Shown here: positions 1 to 9,536 of the stretch, piece after piece | How the letters are laid out: every line of letters begins with the position of its first letter | Numbering within the stretch: the stretch's first letter is position 1 | Source: an uncultured Gemmatimonadaceae bacterium | GTDB lineage: Bacteria > Gemmatimonadota > Gemmatimonadetes > Gemmatimonadales > GWC2-71-9 | Assembly: GCA_964571795.1 (NCBI GenBank) | Contig: CAZNDK010000003.1 | Location: 10,644 to 74,643, forward strand | Direction of reading: 5' to 3' | Length of the DNA stretch: 64,000 bases | Notes under the pieces: generated by a model | What the model was told of the DNA's origin: nothing | Database searches by the model: none | Seen by the model: only the letters and a program-made list of their open reading frames with translations | Translations under genes and position numbers: made by a program

Positions 1-382
1 ACGGCCCGCCGATGTCGATGTTCTCGATGGCGTCCTCGAACGACACGTCGGGCTGGGAGATGGTGGCGCGGAAGGGGTAGAGGTTGACGGCGACGAGATC
101 GATCGGCGTGATCCCGTGCTCCTCGAGCGCGCGCAGGTGCACCGGGTTGTCGCGCCGCGCGAGCAGCGCGCCGTGGATCATCGGGTGGAGCGTCTTGACC
201 CGGCCGTCGAGCATCTCGGGAAACTTCGTGACCGCCTCGACCGGCTGCACTGGGACGCCGGCCGCCTTCAGCGCCGCCGCGGTTCCCCCGGTGGAGATGA
301 TGTCCCAGCCCAGTTGCACCAACCCTTGCGCGAACGCCACGACGCCGCGCTTGTCACTGACGGAAAGCAATGCCCTCGGCAT
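1..382 (-). CDS. purH: Bifunctional AICAR transformylase/IMP cyclohydrolase PurH, N-terminal part (gene runs off window start)
   Basis: Reverse translation from the CAT at 380-382 reads [45 protein letters not shown]...[16 protein letters not shown]. This is the MGS-like N-terminal domain typical of PurH. It lies 30 nt downstream of purN on the same strand. Confidence 0.85.
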   Translation of the reverse strand, partial: MPRALLSVSDKRGVVAFAQGLVQLGWDIISTGGTAAALKAAGVPVQPVEAVTKFPEMLDGRVKTLHPMIHGALLARRDNPVHLRALEEHGITPIDLVAVNLYPFRATISQPDVSFEDAIENIDIGGP

Positions 383-411
383 GGGACTCCCAGGTGTGAT
401 CCTGCAACGAA

Positions 412-1005
412 TCAGGGGGTCGCGGGAAGCGGCACGGGCCGACCGGCCCGCGCCGCCGCCAGCACTACGTCCGGCAACAGGCGGTGTTCCGCCTCGAGCA
501 CCCGCGCGGCCAGGAGTTCCGGCGTGTCGCCCGGCATGACCGGTACCCGCCGCTGCGCCAGGATCTCGCCGCGGTCGTACACCTCGTCCACCAGGTGCAC
601 CGTCGGGCCCGACTCCGGCGCCCCGCTCGCGAGCACCGCCTCGTGGACCCGCCGGCCGTACATGCCCGGACCGCCGAACTGCGGGAGCAGGGCCGGATGC
701 ACGTTGACGATCCGGCCGGCGAGCTTCTGCACCACGCCGGGCGGCACCAGCTTCAGGTAGCCCGCGAGGACCAGCAGGTCCACGTCACGCCGGCCCAGCC
801 GGGTGATCCACTCGGAGGCGTCCGACGGGTCGGCCAGCACTTCTGCCGGTATTCCCGCCTGGCGGGCCCGCTCGAGCCCCCCGGCGTCGGCACGATTGCT
901 CAGCACCAGGACTACGCGCGCGGGTTCCGCCCCCTGCAGCCGGTCGAGCAGCGCCTGGAGGTTGCTTCCGCCGCCGGAGACGCAGACCGCCACACGGTAC
1001 GCCAT
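412..1005 (-). CDS. purN: Phosphoribosylglycinamide formyltransferase
   Basis: Track ORF 412-1005(-), 197 aa. Motifs: '[12 protein letters not shown]', '[12 protein letters not shown]', '[15 protein letters not shown]'. Confidence 0.9.
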   Translation of the reverse strand: MAYRVAVCVSGGGSNLQALLDRLQGAEPARVVLVLSNRADAGGLERARQAGIPAEVLADPSDASEWITRLGRRDVDLLVLAGYLKLVPPGVVQKLAGRIVNVHPALLPQFGGPGMYGRRVHEAVLASGAPESGPTVHLVDEVYDRGEILAQRRVPVMPGDTPELLAARVLEAEHRLLPDVVLAAARAGRPVPLPATP

Positions 1006-1039
1006 GGGGCGGAAAAGTAAGGGGGCGGACGCCTCCCCC

Positions 1040-1600
1040 CTAGGGGGCGCGCGCGGCGTCCTGTTCGCTGAGGATCAGGGCGACGGCCGCGGCCACGTCG
1101 TCCACTACCGGGTATCCCGCCGCTGCCGCCGCGGCCGCGTGGTCGGCCCCGGTTCCGGTCCGGACCAGGATGGCGCGCCCGCCCAGTGCGCGGACCGGTT
1201 CGAGGTCCGACACCCTGTCCCCAACGCCCCAACTGGCTGCGAGGTCGAGCCCGAGCTCCGAGGCGGCCCGCCGGTAGAGCAGGGCGCCGGGCTTCCGGCA
1301 CTCGCACGGCCCGCCCACGGAGGGATGGTGGGGACAGTGGTAGGTCGCGTCGAGCCGGGCACCGGCCTCCCCAAACAACTCCGCGATCCGGCGCTCGACG
1401 GCGGCGTACTCCTCCGGCCGGATGAATCCCTGTGCGATACCCGACTGATTGGTGATCACCACGACGGCGAAGCCCGCGGCGTTGAGGCTCGCCACGGCAC
1501 TGGCCGCGCCCGGGAGCAGGCGCACACCGGCAGGGTCCCGCTGGAATCCCGGATCGTCCACCAGCGTGCCGTCGCGGTCGAGAAAGACGGCGGGCCTCAT
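1040..1600 (-). CDS. gmhB: HAD-IIIA phosphatase, GmhB-type (D,D-heptose 1,7-bisphosphate phosphatase-like)
   Basis: Last 186 aa of track ORF 1040-2809. It starts MRPAVFLDRDGTLV (DxDGT motif). Also 'VVITNQSG', a Zn-loop 'CPHHPSVGGPCECRKP' and 'GDRVSD'. Its ATG (1598-1600) overlaps the selA stop as ATGA. Confidence 0.72.
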   Translation of the reverse strand: MRPAVFLDRDGTLVDDPGFQRDPAGVRLLPGAASAVASLNAAGFAVVVITNQSGIAQGFIRPEEYAAVERRIAELFGEAGARLDATYHCPHHPSVGGPCECRKPGALLYRRAASELGLDLAASWGVGDRVSDLEPVRALGGRAILVRTGTGADHAAAAAAAGYPVVDDVAAAVALILSEQDAARAP

Positions 1601-2970
1601 TCCTGGAACGCCCCCGCGACCGCCGCAGCGACGTCGGCGAACCGGTCCTCGGGCAGGGTGCGCGGGTCCAGCACCACCGCGCCCTCTGCAACCCGGGCCA
1701 CGACGGACGGGGTGCCGAGCCGGATCGCGAGCGCCAGGGCATCGGCGCCTCGGGGCCCGGGGTCGAGTACCACCAGCGTGGTCGGAAGCTCCGCACCGGG
1801 GAAGGATCCGCCGCCGGGCACGGAAAGTCCGTGGGCAAGGCGGGGAGGCGGGGCAGCGGGGAGGTGCGCGTGAATCGCTGCCGAGAGCGCACCTGCTCGC
1901 CGGGCGATATCCTCCCCCGAGAGGGTCAACATCCGCAGGACGGGAATCTCGCGCAGCGCCGTCTCGGGGTCGCGGTAGAGTTCCAGCGTCGCCTCCAGCG
2001 CGGCGAAGGTCATCTTGTCCGCCCGCGCGGCGCGGGCCAGGGGGTTGGCCCGGCAGTCGGAGAGCAGGGCGCGCCGCCCGACGAGGCATCCGGCCTGTGG
2101 GCCACCGAGCAATTTGTCGCCGGAGAAGATCACGAGGTCGGCCCCGTCGGCCACCGCCGCCGGCACGCGCGGTTCGCTGGCCAGTCCGAAGGCGGAGAGG
2201 TCCGCCAGGAGGCCGCTGCCCACGTCGTGGATGAAGGGCAGCCCGTGTTCGCGGGCCAAGCCGGCAAGCGCCGCCGCGGATGGGGCGTGCACGAATCCGG
2301 ATTGGTGAAAATTCGACTGGTGCACCCGCAGGACGGCGCCGGTGGCGGGGCCGATCGCGGCGCGGTAGTCGTCGAGGTGCGTCCGGTTGGTGGTCCCGAC
2401 CTCGCGGAGCCGTGCGCCGCTTCGCGCGAGGATGTCCGGAATCCGGAACGAGCCTCCGATTTCGACCAGTTCCCCACGGGACACGAGGACTTCCGCGCCG
2501 GCCGCCACGGTATTGAGCGCGACGACCAGCGCAGCGGCGGCGTTGTTGACCACGAGCGCGTCCTCGGCGCCAGTGAGTTCGGCGAGGAGGACGCGACCAT
2601 GGTCGGTGCGGTGCCCGCGCACCCCGGCGTCGAGGTCGAATTCGAGGCTGCTGTAGTCCGCCGCTACCTCGATGACCGCCTCGATCGCCGCCGTGGCCAT
2701 CGGCGCGCGGCCCAGGTTGGTGTGCAGCACGACGCCGGTGGCGTTCAGCACCGGGCGGAGGGAGCGCCGCGTGAGCCGCGCGGCGCGCTCGGCCACCTCG
2801 GCGCCCCAATCCGCCGGGACATCACCGCGCCCGTCTCTGGCTGCCGCCAGCGCCTCTCGCGCGGCGGAAACCACGACGCTCCTGGGCATCGTGCCCAGGA
2901 GCGCGTTCACGTCGGCCTGCTGGAGCAGCCGCTCCACCGACGGCAGCAGACGGCGGGCGTCGCCGGTCAT
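1597..2970 (-). CDS. selA: L-seryl-tRNA(Sec) selenium transferase
   Basis: C-terminal 457 aa of track ORF 1597-4506. Contains N-terminal 'RRLLPSVERLL', 'NATGVVLHTNLGRAP' and the PLP-lysine block 'FSGDKLLGGPQAG'. The ATG at 2968-2970 overlaps the upstream gene stop (ATGA). Confidence 0.85.
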   Translation of the reverse strand: MTGDARRLLPSVERLLQQADVNALLGTMPRSVVVSAAREALAAARDGRGDVPADWGAEVAERAARLTRRSLRPVLNATGVVLHTNLGRAPMATAAIEAVIEVAADYSSLEFDLDAGVRGHRTDHGRVLLAELTGAEDALVVNNAAAALVVALNTVAAGAEVLVSRGELVEIGGSFRIPDILARSGARLREVGTTNRTHLDDYRAAIGPATGAVLRVHQSNFHQSGFVHAPSAAALAGLAREHGLPFIHDVGSGLLADLSAFGLASEPRVPAAVADGADLVIFSGDKLLGGPQAGCLVGRRALLSDCRANPLARAARADKMTFAALEATLELYRDPETALREIPVLRMLTLSGEDIARRAGALSAAIHAHLPAAPPPRLAHGLSVPGGGSFPGAELPTTLVVLDPGPRGADALALAIRLGTPSVVARVAEGAVVLDPRTLPEDRFADVAAAVAGAFQE

Positions 2971-4196
2971 TGACTGGGCTTCGCCGGCGGCGCGGAGTCG
3001 GCCGGCGCCTTGGCGGAGTCGGGCTTCACGGCCGTCGAGTCCACCTTCGCCTTCGGCACCTCGAGAGGTCCGCGAACCCTCGCGGCGGCGCCGTTGGCAT
3101 TCCGCACGGAGTCGATCTCGATGACGTACTTGCCCTCGGGCCGCCACGGCTCCGTAACCCGGAGCAGGAGGGTCGTGAACAGCGCACTGCGGGAGGGCGG
3201 GATCGTGTCGGCTCCCGCGGCCACGGGTCGCTTCGCCGGTGCGGGAGCCGGCTTCGGCGCCGCCGAGTCGGGAGCGGCGGGGGGCGGGCGATAGAGCGAG
3301 TCGTGCTCGGCCTTTGGCAGCAGCGAAACGACCGCCACTGGAATGGAGTCGGGGAGCAGGACCACGCGCACGGCGCTGGGCGTGAAGCGCTGGGTCGGGT
3401 CGAGGGGCTGGGTGAAGGTGAGGGTCGCCGAGAGCGAATCGGTCGCGTCGGCCTTGGAGAGCCGTGGTCCGACCGTGTCGTGCGGGAAGAGCCAGAGTTC
3501 GGGGACCGCGGTGCTGTCGCGCGGCTGGCGCACCGAATCCCAGGCCTCCCGTCCATCCAGCTTGAAGTTGCGGTTCTGGTCGATGGCGCCGAGGACCAGG
3601 TAGTCGCCGTTCGGCAGCGGCCCGAAGTCGAACCGCCCGCCCGAATCGGCCACCATCCGGTACCGGAGGCTGTCCGGCAGGAGCAGGGCAATCACCAGGG
3701 CGGCCCGTGCGGGGCGTGCCGTGGTCCAGTCCCAGATCCGGCCGGTGAGATGCAGGGTGGGGATCGGCGCGCCGGTCGTGAAGGTCACGACGGTGTTGCT
3801 GTCGCTCGCGTTCCGCCGGATGTCCATCACCCCGGGGAGCAACTGGACGCGGTACACCCGGTTGGGCTGCCATCCCTCGGCGGGCCGAACCGTCACGCGG
3901 CTCCGCTTCCACCGGACCTTGGGCACCTTCTCGGTCGGCGACAGGATGATCAGCTTTTCCAGGTCGCCGGTGCCGAGCCCCATGTTGGGGCTGCCGCCCT
4001 CCGACACCGTCTCGTTGAACACGAACTCGACGTCGCCCGAGAAATCGGGCAGCACGGCGAGCGAGTCGGGAATCGTGGCCATGAGGCCGGGCGGGAGGAG
4101 GTCCTTCGGGCCGCCTGGAGGCGGCTCGATTTTGGCGCAGGCCACCGCGCCGAGGACGCCGAGGCTCGCGAGGGCGGCGAGGCGGCCCCGCGTCAC
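2967..4196 (-). CDS. Probable lipoprotein with Ig-like (SbsA/Big_5-type) domain and Pro/Ala-rich C-terminus
   Basis: Track ORF 2967-4385 trimmed to the GTG at 4194-4196, which overlaps the valS TGA (GTGA). The N-terminus VTRGRLAALASLGVLGAVAC looks like a signal/lipobox. Function is unknown. Confidence 0.6.
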   Translation of the reverse strand: MTRGRLAALASLGVLGAVACAKIEPPPGGPKDLLPPGLMATIPDSLAVLPDFSGDVEFVFNETVSEGGSPNMGLGTGDLEKLIILSPTEKVPKVRWKRSRVTVRPAEGWQPNRVYRVQLLPGVMDIRRNASDSNTVVTFTTGAPIPTLHLTGRIWDWTTARPARAALVIALLLPDSLRYRMVADSGGRFDFGPLPNGDYLVLGAIDQNRNFKLDGREAWDSVRQPRDSTAVPELWLFPHDTVGPRLSKADATDSLSATLTFTQPLDPTQRFTPSAVRVVLLPDSIPVAVVSLLPKAEHDSLYRPPPAAPDSAAPKPAPAPAKRPVAAGADTIPPSRSALFTTLLLRVTEPWRPEGKYVIEIDSVRNANGAAARVRGPLEVPKAKVDSTAVKPDSAKAPADSAPPAKPSQ

Positions 4197-6853
4197 GCGC
4201 AACCCAGTTGCCGTCGCTTCTCGGCGAGCGCGTCGGCCTGCACTTCCCACGCAGCCAGCTTCTGCCGCTCCCCTTCCACCACCGCGGCCGGGGCACGGGA
4301 GACGAAATTGGCGTTGTCGAGCTTCCGCCGCTGGCCCTCGACCAGCTGTTGGAAGCGCGCCACGTCGGCGCCCAGTCGGGCACACTCGCGCTCGAGGTCG
4401 AGCGCGTCGCCCAGGGGGACGAAGACCGCCCGGCCGTCGGAAAGGACGCCGTGGCCGCCAGGCTCGGACGGAGCGTCGCCAAAGTGCACCCGGCCGACCT
4501 TGGCAAGGCGCTGGACCGTGCCCAGCTCCGCGGAAACGGCGGGATGTGCAGCCGACAGCCAGAGCCGGACGGCGTGGCCGGGTTGCACGCCGTACTCCGC
4601 GCGGATCTGCCGCACGGCCCCGATCAGCTCCTGCACCAGCCCGAAGTCGCGGAGTGCCGCGGCGTCGGTCGCGCGGGCGTCGGGCTTCGGCCAGGGCGCC
4701 ACGCTGATCGAGTCACTCTCCGCGCGGCCCGGCAGCCGCTTCCAGAGCGTCTCGGTGATGAAGGGCATGACGGGATGCAGGAGCCGCAGCGCCACGTCGA
4801 AGGTCTGGGCCAGCACCGCGCGCGCCACGTCGCCGCCGGGCTGGTCGCCGTAGAGCCGCGGCTTCACCTGCTCGATGTACCAGTCGGCCAGGTCGCTCCA
4901 GAGGAAGTGGTACACCGCCGCCGCGGCCTCGTTGAGCCGGTACCGCTCGTAGGCCTCGGTGGCGGTCCGCACCGTCGCGTCGCACCGCGCGATGATCCAG
5001 CGGTCGGCGAGTGAGAGCTCCTCGCGGCGCACCACGTTCCGGTGCCTCCCGGCCAGCGGTCGCGTCGGTCCCTCGAGCGAGCCCAGGATGAACCGGCCCG
5101 CGTTCCAGAGCTTGTTGGCAAAGTTGCGCCCGGCCGCGAACGACACCTCGAGATCGGCCGGGTCGAGGATCAGGTCGGTCCCCACCGCCATGCCCGAGAT
5201 CACGGTGTGGCGAAGGGCGTCGGCGCCGTAGCGCTCGATCACCTCGAGCGGGTCGATGCCGTTGCCAAGCGATTTGGACATCTTGCGGTGCTGGGTGTCG
5301 CGCACCGTGCCGTGGAGATAGACGGTGCTGAACGGCACCCGGCCCCGGAATTCGAGCCCCGCCATGACCATCCGCGACACCCAGAAGAACAGGATCTCGG
5401 GGGCGGTGACGAGCGTGTGCCCGGGGTAGAATCGCTCGAGATCGGGGGTGTCGGCTGGCCAGCCCAGGCTGGAGAAGGGCACCAGCCATGAGGAGAACCA
5501 GGTGTCGAGCACGTCCTCATCCTGCCGGACCGGACCGCCACACTCGAGGCAGGTCGTCAGGTCGGTGCGCGACACGCTGGTGTGGCCGCAGCCCTTCGAC
5601 GCGCAGTACCAGACCGGGATCCGGTGGCCCCACCACAGCTGCCGCGAAATGCACCAGTCCCGGATGTTCTCCATCCACTGCGCGTACTCCGCCCCGCGCC
5701 GCTCCGGAATGAAGCGCAGCTCTCCCGTGCGGTACGCGTCGAGCGCCGGCGCCGCGAGCGGGGCCATCTTCACGAACCACTGTTCCGAGAGCCGGGGTTC
5801 CACCACCGTGCCGCATCGGTAGCAGTGCGCCACGGCGTGGCGGTGCGGCTCCACCTTGGCGAGCAGCCCCAGGGCCTCGAACTCGCGGACCACCTGCTTG
5901 CGCGCCGCCTCGCGGGTGAGCCCGCGGAACCGCTCGGGGGCGTGCTCGTTGATGTGGGCGTCCGGGGTCAGGATATCGATGCTCGGCAGGTTGTGCCGCC
6001 GGCCGATCTCGAAGTCGAGCGGATCGTGCGCCGGAGTCACCTTGACCGCGCCGGTGCCGAAGGACGGGTCGATGCCCTCGTCCGCCACGATGGGGATGTC
6101 GCGGTCCACGAGCGGCAGCCTCACGGTGGTGCCGACGAGGGCCGCGTAGCGGGTGTCGCCGGGGTGCACGGCCACGGCGGTGTCGCCCAGCATCGTTTCG
6201 GGCCGGGTGGTGGCCACCGCGAGGTGACCGCCGCCGGCCAGGGGGTAGTTCAGGTGCCAGAGGTGGCCGTCCACCTCTTCCTTCTCGGCTTCCTCGTTGG
6301 AGAGCGCCGTGAGGCAGCGGGGGCACCAGTTGATGATGTAGTTGCCGCGGTACACCAGCCCCTTCTCGTACAGCCGCACGAACACCTCGCGCACGGCCTG
6401 CGAGAGGCCCTCGTCGAGGGTGAAGTAAGTGCGTTCCCAGTCGCAACTCGCGCCGATCGCCTTGAGCTGGTCGAGGATCGTAGCGCCGGTTTCCTTCACG
6501 TGCTGCCAGACCAGGGCCACGAATGCCTCGCGCCCGAGATCGAACCGCGTCTTCCCCTCCGCCGCCAGCGCCCGCTCCACCACGTTCTGCGTGGCGATGC
6601 CGGCGTGGTCGGTGCCCGGAAGCCAGAGCACCTCGCGGCCCCGCATCCGCTCGAACCGGATGACGGCGTCCTGAATGGTGTTGTTGAGGCCATGGCCCAT
6701 GTGCAGCTGCGCCGTCACGTTGGGCGGCGGCATCATGATCACGTAGGGCCGACCGCCGGGGCGGGGCGCGAAGAGGTCCTGCGCGGTCCACCAGCGGTAC
6801 AGCTCCCGTTCGATCAGGCCGGGCTGGTACTGGGGAGCGAGCTCGGTGCTCAT
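4193..6853 (-). CDS. valS: Valine--tRNA ligase
   Basis: Track ORF 4193-7375 trimmed to MSTELAPQYQPGLIERELYRWW (ATG 6851-6853). Contains the HIGH-type 'PPPNVTAQLHMGHGLN', the KMSKS 'HRKMSKSLGNGIDP' and a C-terminal coiled coil. Confidence 0.95.
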   Translation of the reverse strand: MSTELAPQYQPGLIERELYRWWTAQDLFAPRPGGRPYVIMMPPPNVTAQLHMGHGLNNTIQDAVIRFERMRGREVLWLPGTDHAGIATQNVVERALAAEGKTRFDLGREAFVALVWQHVKETGATILDQLKAIGASCDWERTYFTLDEGLSQAVREVFVRLYEKGLVYRGNYIINWCPRCLTALSNEEAEKEEVDGHLWHLNYPLAGGGHLAVATTRPETMLGDTAVAVHPGDTRYAALVGTTVRLPLVDRDIPIVADEGIDPSFGTGAVKVTPAHDPLDFEIGRRHNLPSIDILTPDAHINEHAPERFRGLTREAARKQVVREFEALGLLAKVEPHRHAVAHCYRCGTVVEPRLSEQWFVKMAPLAAPALDAYRTGELRFIPERRGAEYAQWMENIRDWCISRQLWWGHRIPVWYCASKGCGHTSVSRTDLTTCLECGGPVRQDEDVLDTWFSSWLVPFSSLGWPADTPDLERFYPGHTLVTAPEILFFWVSRMVMAGLEFRGRVPFSTVYLHGTVRDTQHRKMSKSLGNGIDPLEVIERYGADALRHTVISGMAVGTDLILDPADLEVSFAAGRNFANKLWNAGRFILGSLEGPTRPLAGRHRNVVRREELSLADRWIIARCDATVRTATEAYERYRLNEAAAAVYHFLWSDLADWYIEQVKPRLYGDQPGGDVARAVLAQTFDVALRLLHPVMPFITETLWKRLPGRAESDSISVAPWPKPDARATDAAALRDFGLVQELIGAVRQIRAEYGVQPGHAVRLWLSAAHPAVSAELGTVQRLAKVGRVHFGDAPSEPGGHGVLSDGRAVFVPLGDALDLERECARLGADVARFQQLVEGQRRKLDNANFVSRAPAAVVEGERQKLAAWEVQADALAEKRRQLGCA

Positions 6854-7260
6854 GCGGAGCGGCCGGCGAGGGACAGGCCGGCGGGCGTGGAGAGGTCGTC
6901 CTCCCCGTGCACAAGGATGCTGTTGATGAGCCCATCGAGTCCGGGCACCTGGTTCGCCACGCGGAAGGCGCGCGCGCGCGCGGGGCGGTCCGGCACCCAT
7001 CCCATCAATTCCACCGTGCCGCGGCTGACGGCGAGCGCGTCGAGCTCGAACGGCGCGAGGGCGGGATCGGCGGCGAGCGCCAGGCGAACCGACTCGGCCA
7101 GTGCCACCGGCGAAGAGCCGCTCCGCGTCCGGACCGCGCGGAATTCGTCCGCCAGCCGGCCGCGCGTGACCCGCCCGAGCCATCCGGCGGCCCACAGGCC
7201 CCCGACGACTCCGGCCCCGAACCCGATCACCGACCAGCCCAGGATTTCGCCCCGGCTCAT
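6850..7260 (-). CDS. BON domain-containing membrane protein
   Basis: Track ORF 6850-7275. The ATG at 7258-7260 (MSRGEILGW...) is preceded by GGGAG. It has an N-terminal TM helix and a BON-like 'VELMGWVPDRPARARAFRVANQVPGLDGLINSILV'. Its stop overlaps the valS ATG (ATGA). Confidence 0.62.
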   Translation of the reverse strand: MSRGEILGWSVIGFGAGVVGGLWAAGWLGRVTRGRLADEFRAVRTRSGSSPVALAESVRLALAADPALAPFELDALAVSRGTVELMGWVPDRPARARAFRVANQVPGLDGLINSILVHGEDDLSTPAGLSLAGRSA

Positions 7261-7275
7261 CCGCTCCCGCTTCAC

Positions 7276-7373
7276 GCGCGCGCTCCTTGTGCAAATATTG
7301 GCTAAGACGCGTTAAGTTAACACGTTCGCTCGTGAAGTCGCAGGCATCCTTTTCTCCCGTCCGCGGGGGTCCC
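7276..7373. promoter_or_regulatory. AT-rich divergent intergenic region (candidate promoters for the BON-valS operon and the thrS operon) with a 19-nt palindrome
   Basis: This is locally AT-rich sequence ('ttgtgcaaatattggctaagacgcgttaagttaacacgtt') in a ~70% GC context between divergent starts. The palindrome ACGCGTTAA-G-TTAACACGT lies at 7307-7325. I could not fit a convincing -35/-10 pair. Confidence 0.3.
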
Positions 7374-7526
7374 ATGGCTGACGAACGCTCCAGGATTCCG
7401 GCCCGCGAATTGGGTCGCTGGCTCTTCGTGGCGGTGCTCCTGCTCGCCGGGGTCCTCCTCTATTTCAAGTATGCGCCCCGCGCGGAGCCCATCGTGACGC
7501 CGGCCACGCAGGAACCCGCTTCATGA
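7374..7526 (+). CDS. Small single-pass membrane protein (50 aa), hypothetical
   Basis: Internal ATG of track ORF 7287-7526: MADERSRIPARELGRWLFVAVLLLAGVLLYFKY... Its stop overlaps the thrS ATG (ATGA at 7523-7526). Confidence 0.45.
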   Translation: MADERSRIPARELGRWLFVAVLLLAGVLLYFKYAPRAEPIVTPATQEPAS

Positions 7527-9448
7527 CGCAGATCCGCCTGACCCTGCCCGACAATTCGGTGCGCGAGGTGCCCGCCGGCACCACCGGGCGTGAGGTGGCC
7601 CAGATGATCGGGCCGGGGCTCGCCAAGGCAGCCGTGGCCGCCCGGGTGGACGGCGCGGTGTGGGACCTCGGACGGCCTATCGAGCAGGACGCGTCGTTCG
7701 CCATCCTCACCGATCGCGATCCGGCCGCCCTCGAGGTGCTGCGGCACAGCACGGCCCACATCATGGCCACCGCGGTGCGCGAGCTCTTTCCCGGCGCCGG
7801 CATCGGGTTCGGCCCGCCGATCGAGGACGGGTTCTACTACGACTTCGACGTGCCCCGGCCCTTCACGCCCGAGGACCTCGAGGCCATCGAGAAGAAGATG
7901 GCCGAGGTGGCGGAGCGGGATTTCCCCTTCCAGCGCGAGGTCGTGGACCGCGCGGAGGCCAACCGCCGCTTCGCCGACGACCCGCTGAAGCTCGAGCGGA
8001 TCAGCGAGCTCGGCGACGACGAAGTGATTTCCGTGTACACCGACGGTCCGTTCCAGGACCTCTGCCGAGGGCCCCACATTCCCTCCACCGGCCGGCTGAA
8101 GCACTTCAAGCTGCTGCACGGGGCGGGGGCGTACTGGCGCGGCGACGAACGCCGCCAGATGCTGCAGCGGATCTACGGCACCGCGTGGTTCAAGAAGGAG
8201 GACCTCGCCGCCTACCTCCATCGGCTCGAGGAGGCGCGCAAGCGCGACCACCGGCGGCTCGGCAAGGAGCTCGACCTCTTCGTGTTCCATCCCTCTTCGC
8301 CGGGCGCGCCCTTCTGGACCGACCGGGGCACGACGATCTACCGGGAGGTCAACGACTTCATCCGGGAGTTGCAGCAGCGGGCAGGCTACCAAGAAATCAA
8401 GACGCCGCTCCTCTACAACAAGCTGCTCTGGGAGCGCTCGGGACACTGGGGCAAGTACCGGGAGAACATGTTCCTGGTGCTCGACACGGAGTCGGGAGAG
8501 CACGACTTCTCCCTCAAGCCGATGAACTGCCCCTCGCACCACCTGCTCTACGGCATGCGGAAGCACTCCTACCGCGAGCTCCCGGTCCGCTACGGCACCT
8601 TCGACGTGCTGCACCGGAACGAAGTGACCGGCGCCCTGTCGGGGCTGACCCGGGTCCGCCAGTTCCAGCAGGACGACTGCCACATCTACCTGCGGCCCGA
8701 CCAGATCGCCGACGAGGTGCGCGCGGTGGCGCGGATGATCCTCGACGTGTACGCCACCTTCGGGCTCACCGCCACGCTCAAGTTCGCCACCCGGCCGCCG
8801 GAGCGGATCGGCGACGACGCCATGTGGGACCGCGCGGAGGCCGATCTGCGCGCCGCGCTCGAGGCCACCGGGCTGCCCTACGAGCTCAAGCCCGGCGACG
8901 GCGCGTTCTACGGACCCAAGATCGATTTCGACGTGTCGGACTCGATCGGCCGCAAGTGGCAGCTCGGCACCATCCAGCTGGATTACGCGGCGCCGGAACG
9001 GTTCGACCTCGGGTACGTCGGCGAGGACAACGCCGAGCACCGGCCGGTCGTCATCCACCGGGCCATGTGTGGTTCCTTCGAGCGGTTCATCGCCATCCTG
9101 ATCGAGCACTTCGCCGGCGCCTTCCCGGCCTGGCTGTCGCCGGAGCAGGTCCGGGTCCTGCCCATTTCCGACCAGCAGGCGGAGGCCGCCGCCAACGTGG
9201 TGGCGCGGCTCCGCGAGGCCGGCATCCGCGCCACCCTCGACGCCGGGAACTCGACCCTGAACTACCGGATCCGGGAGGGAGAGGTCGGGAAGGTCCCGTA
9301 CATGGCGGTGGTGGGGCAGCGCGAGGCCGAGGCCGGGTCGGTCGCCATCCGGGTCCGCGGGGCGGGGAACAAGCAGGAGGTGGTTCCGGTCGAGGAGTTC
9401 GTGGCGCGGGTCAGCGCGCAAGTAAAGGGGAGGACGCTGGAACTGTAG
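7523..9448 (+). CDS. thrS: Threonine--tRNA ligase
   Basis: Track ORF, 641 aa. It has a TGS-like N-terminus, the editing-domain 'HSTAHIMA', a class II core 'FSLKPMNCPSHHLLY...RVRQFQQDDCHIY' and an anticodon-binding C-terminus. Confidence 0.95.
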   Translation: MTQIRLTLPDNSVREVPAGTTGREVAQMIGPGLAKAAVAARVDGAVWDLGRPIEQDASFAILTDRDPAALEVLRHSTAHIMATAVRELFPGAGIGFGPPIEDGFYYDFDVPRPFTPEDLEAIEKKMAEVAERDFPFQREVVDRAEANRRFADDPLKLERISELGDDEVISVYTDGPFQDLCRGPHIPSTGRLKHFKLLHGAGAYWRGDERRQMLQRIYGTAWFKKEDLAAYLHRLEEARKRDHRRLGKELDLFVFHPSSPGAPFWTDRGTTIYREVNDFIRELQQRAGYQEIKTPLLYNKLLWERSGHWGKYRENMFLVLDTESGEHDFSLKPMNCPSHHLLYGMRKHSYRELPVRYGTFDVLHRNEVTGALSGLTRVRQFQQDDCHIYLRPDQIADEVRAVARMILDVYATFGLTATLKFATRPPERIGDDAMWDRAEADLRAALEATGLPYELKPGDGAFYGPKIDFDVSDSIGRKWQLGTIQLDYAAPERFDLGYVGEDNAEHRPVVIHRAMCGSFERFIAILIEHFAGAFPAWLSPEQVRVLPISDQQAEAAANVVARLREAGIRATLDAGNSTLNYRIREGEVGKVPYMAVVGQREAEAGSVAIRVRGAGNKQEVVPVEEFVARVSAQVKGRTLEL

Positions 9449-9536
9449 GGGCGCGGGGCGATGCACCCCGGCCTCCCCCCGGCAGCGTCCGAGGGGTATC
9501 TTTGCAGGGTCGATTTCCTCCACATTCGGATCCATC

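Noticed and set aside
1040-4506. Track ORFs 1040-2809 (589 aa) and 1597-4506 (969 aa) read as very long proteins.
   Set aside because: Only their C-terminal parts (GmhB-type phosphatase, SelA) look like real proteins. The upstream portions are Arg/Pro-rich read-through across neighbouring genes in other frames. I trimmed them to internal ATGs that form ATGA overlaps.
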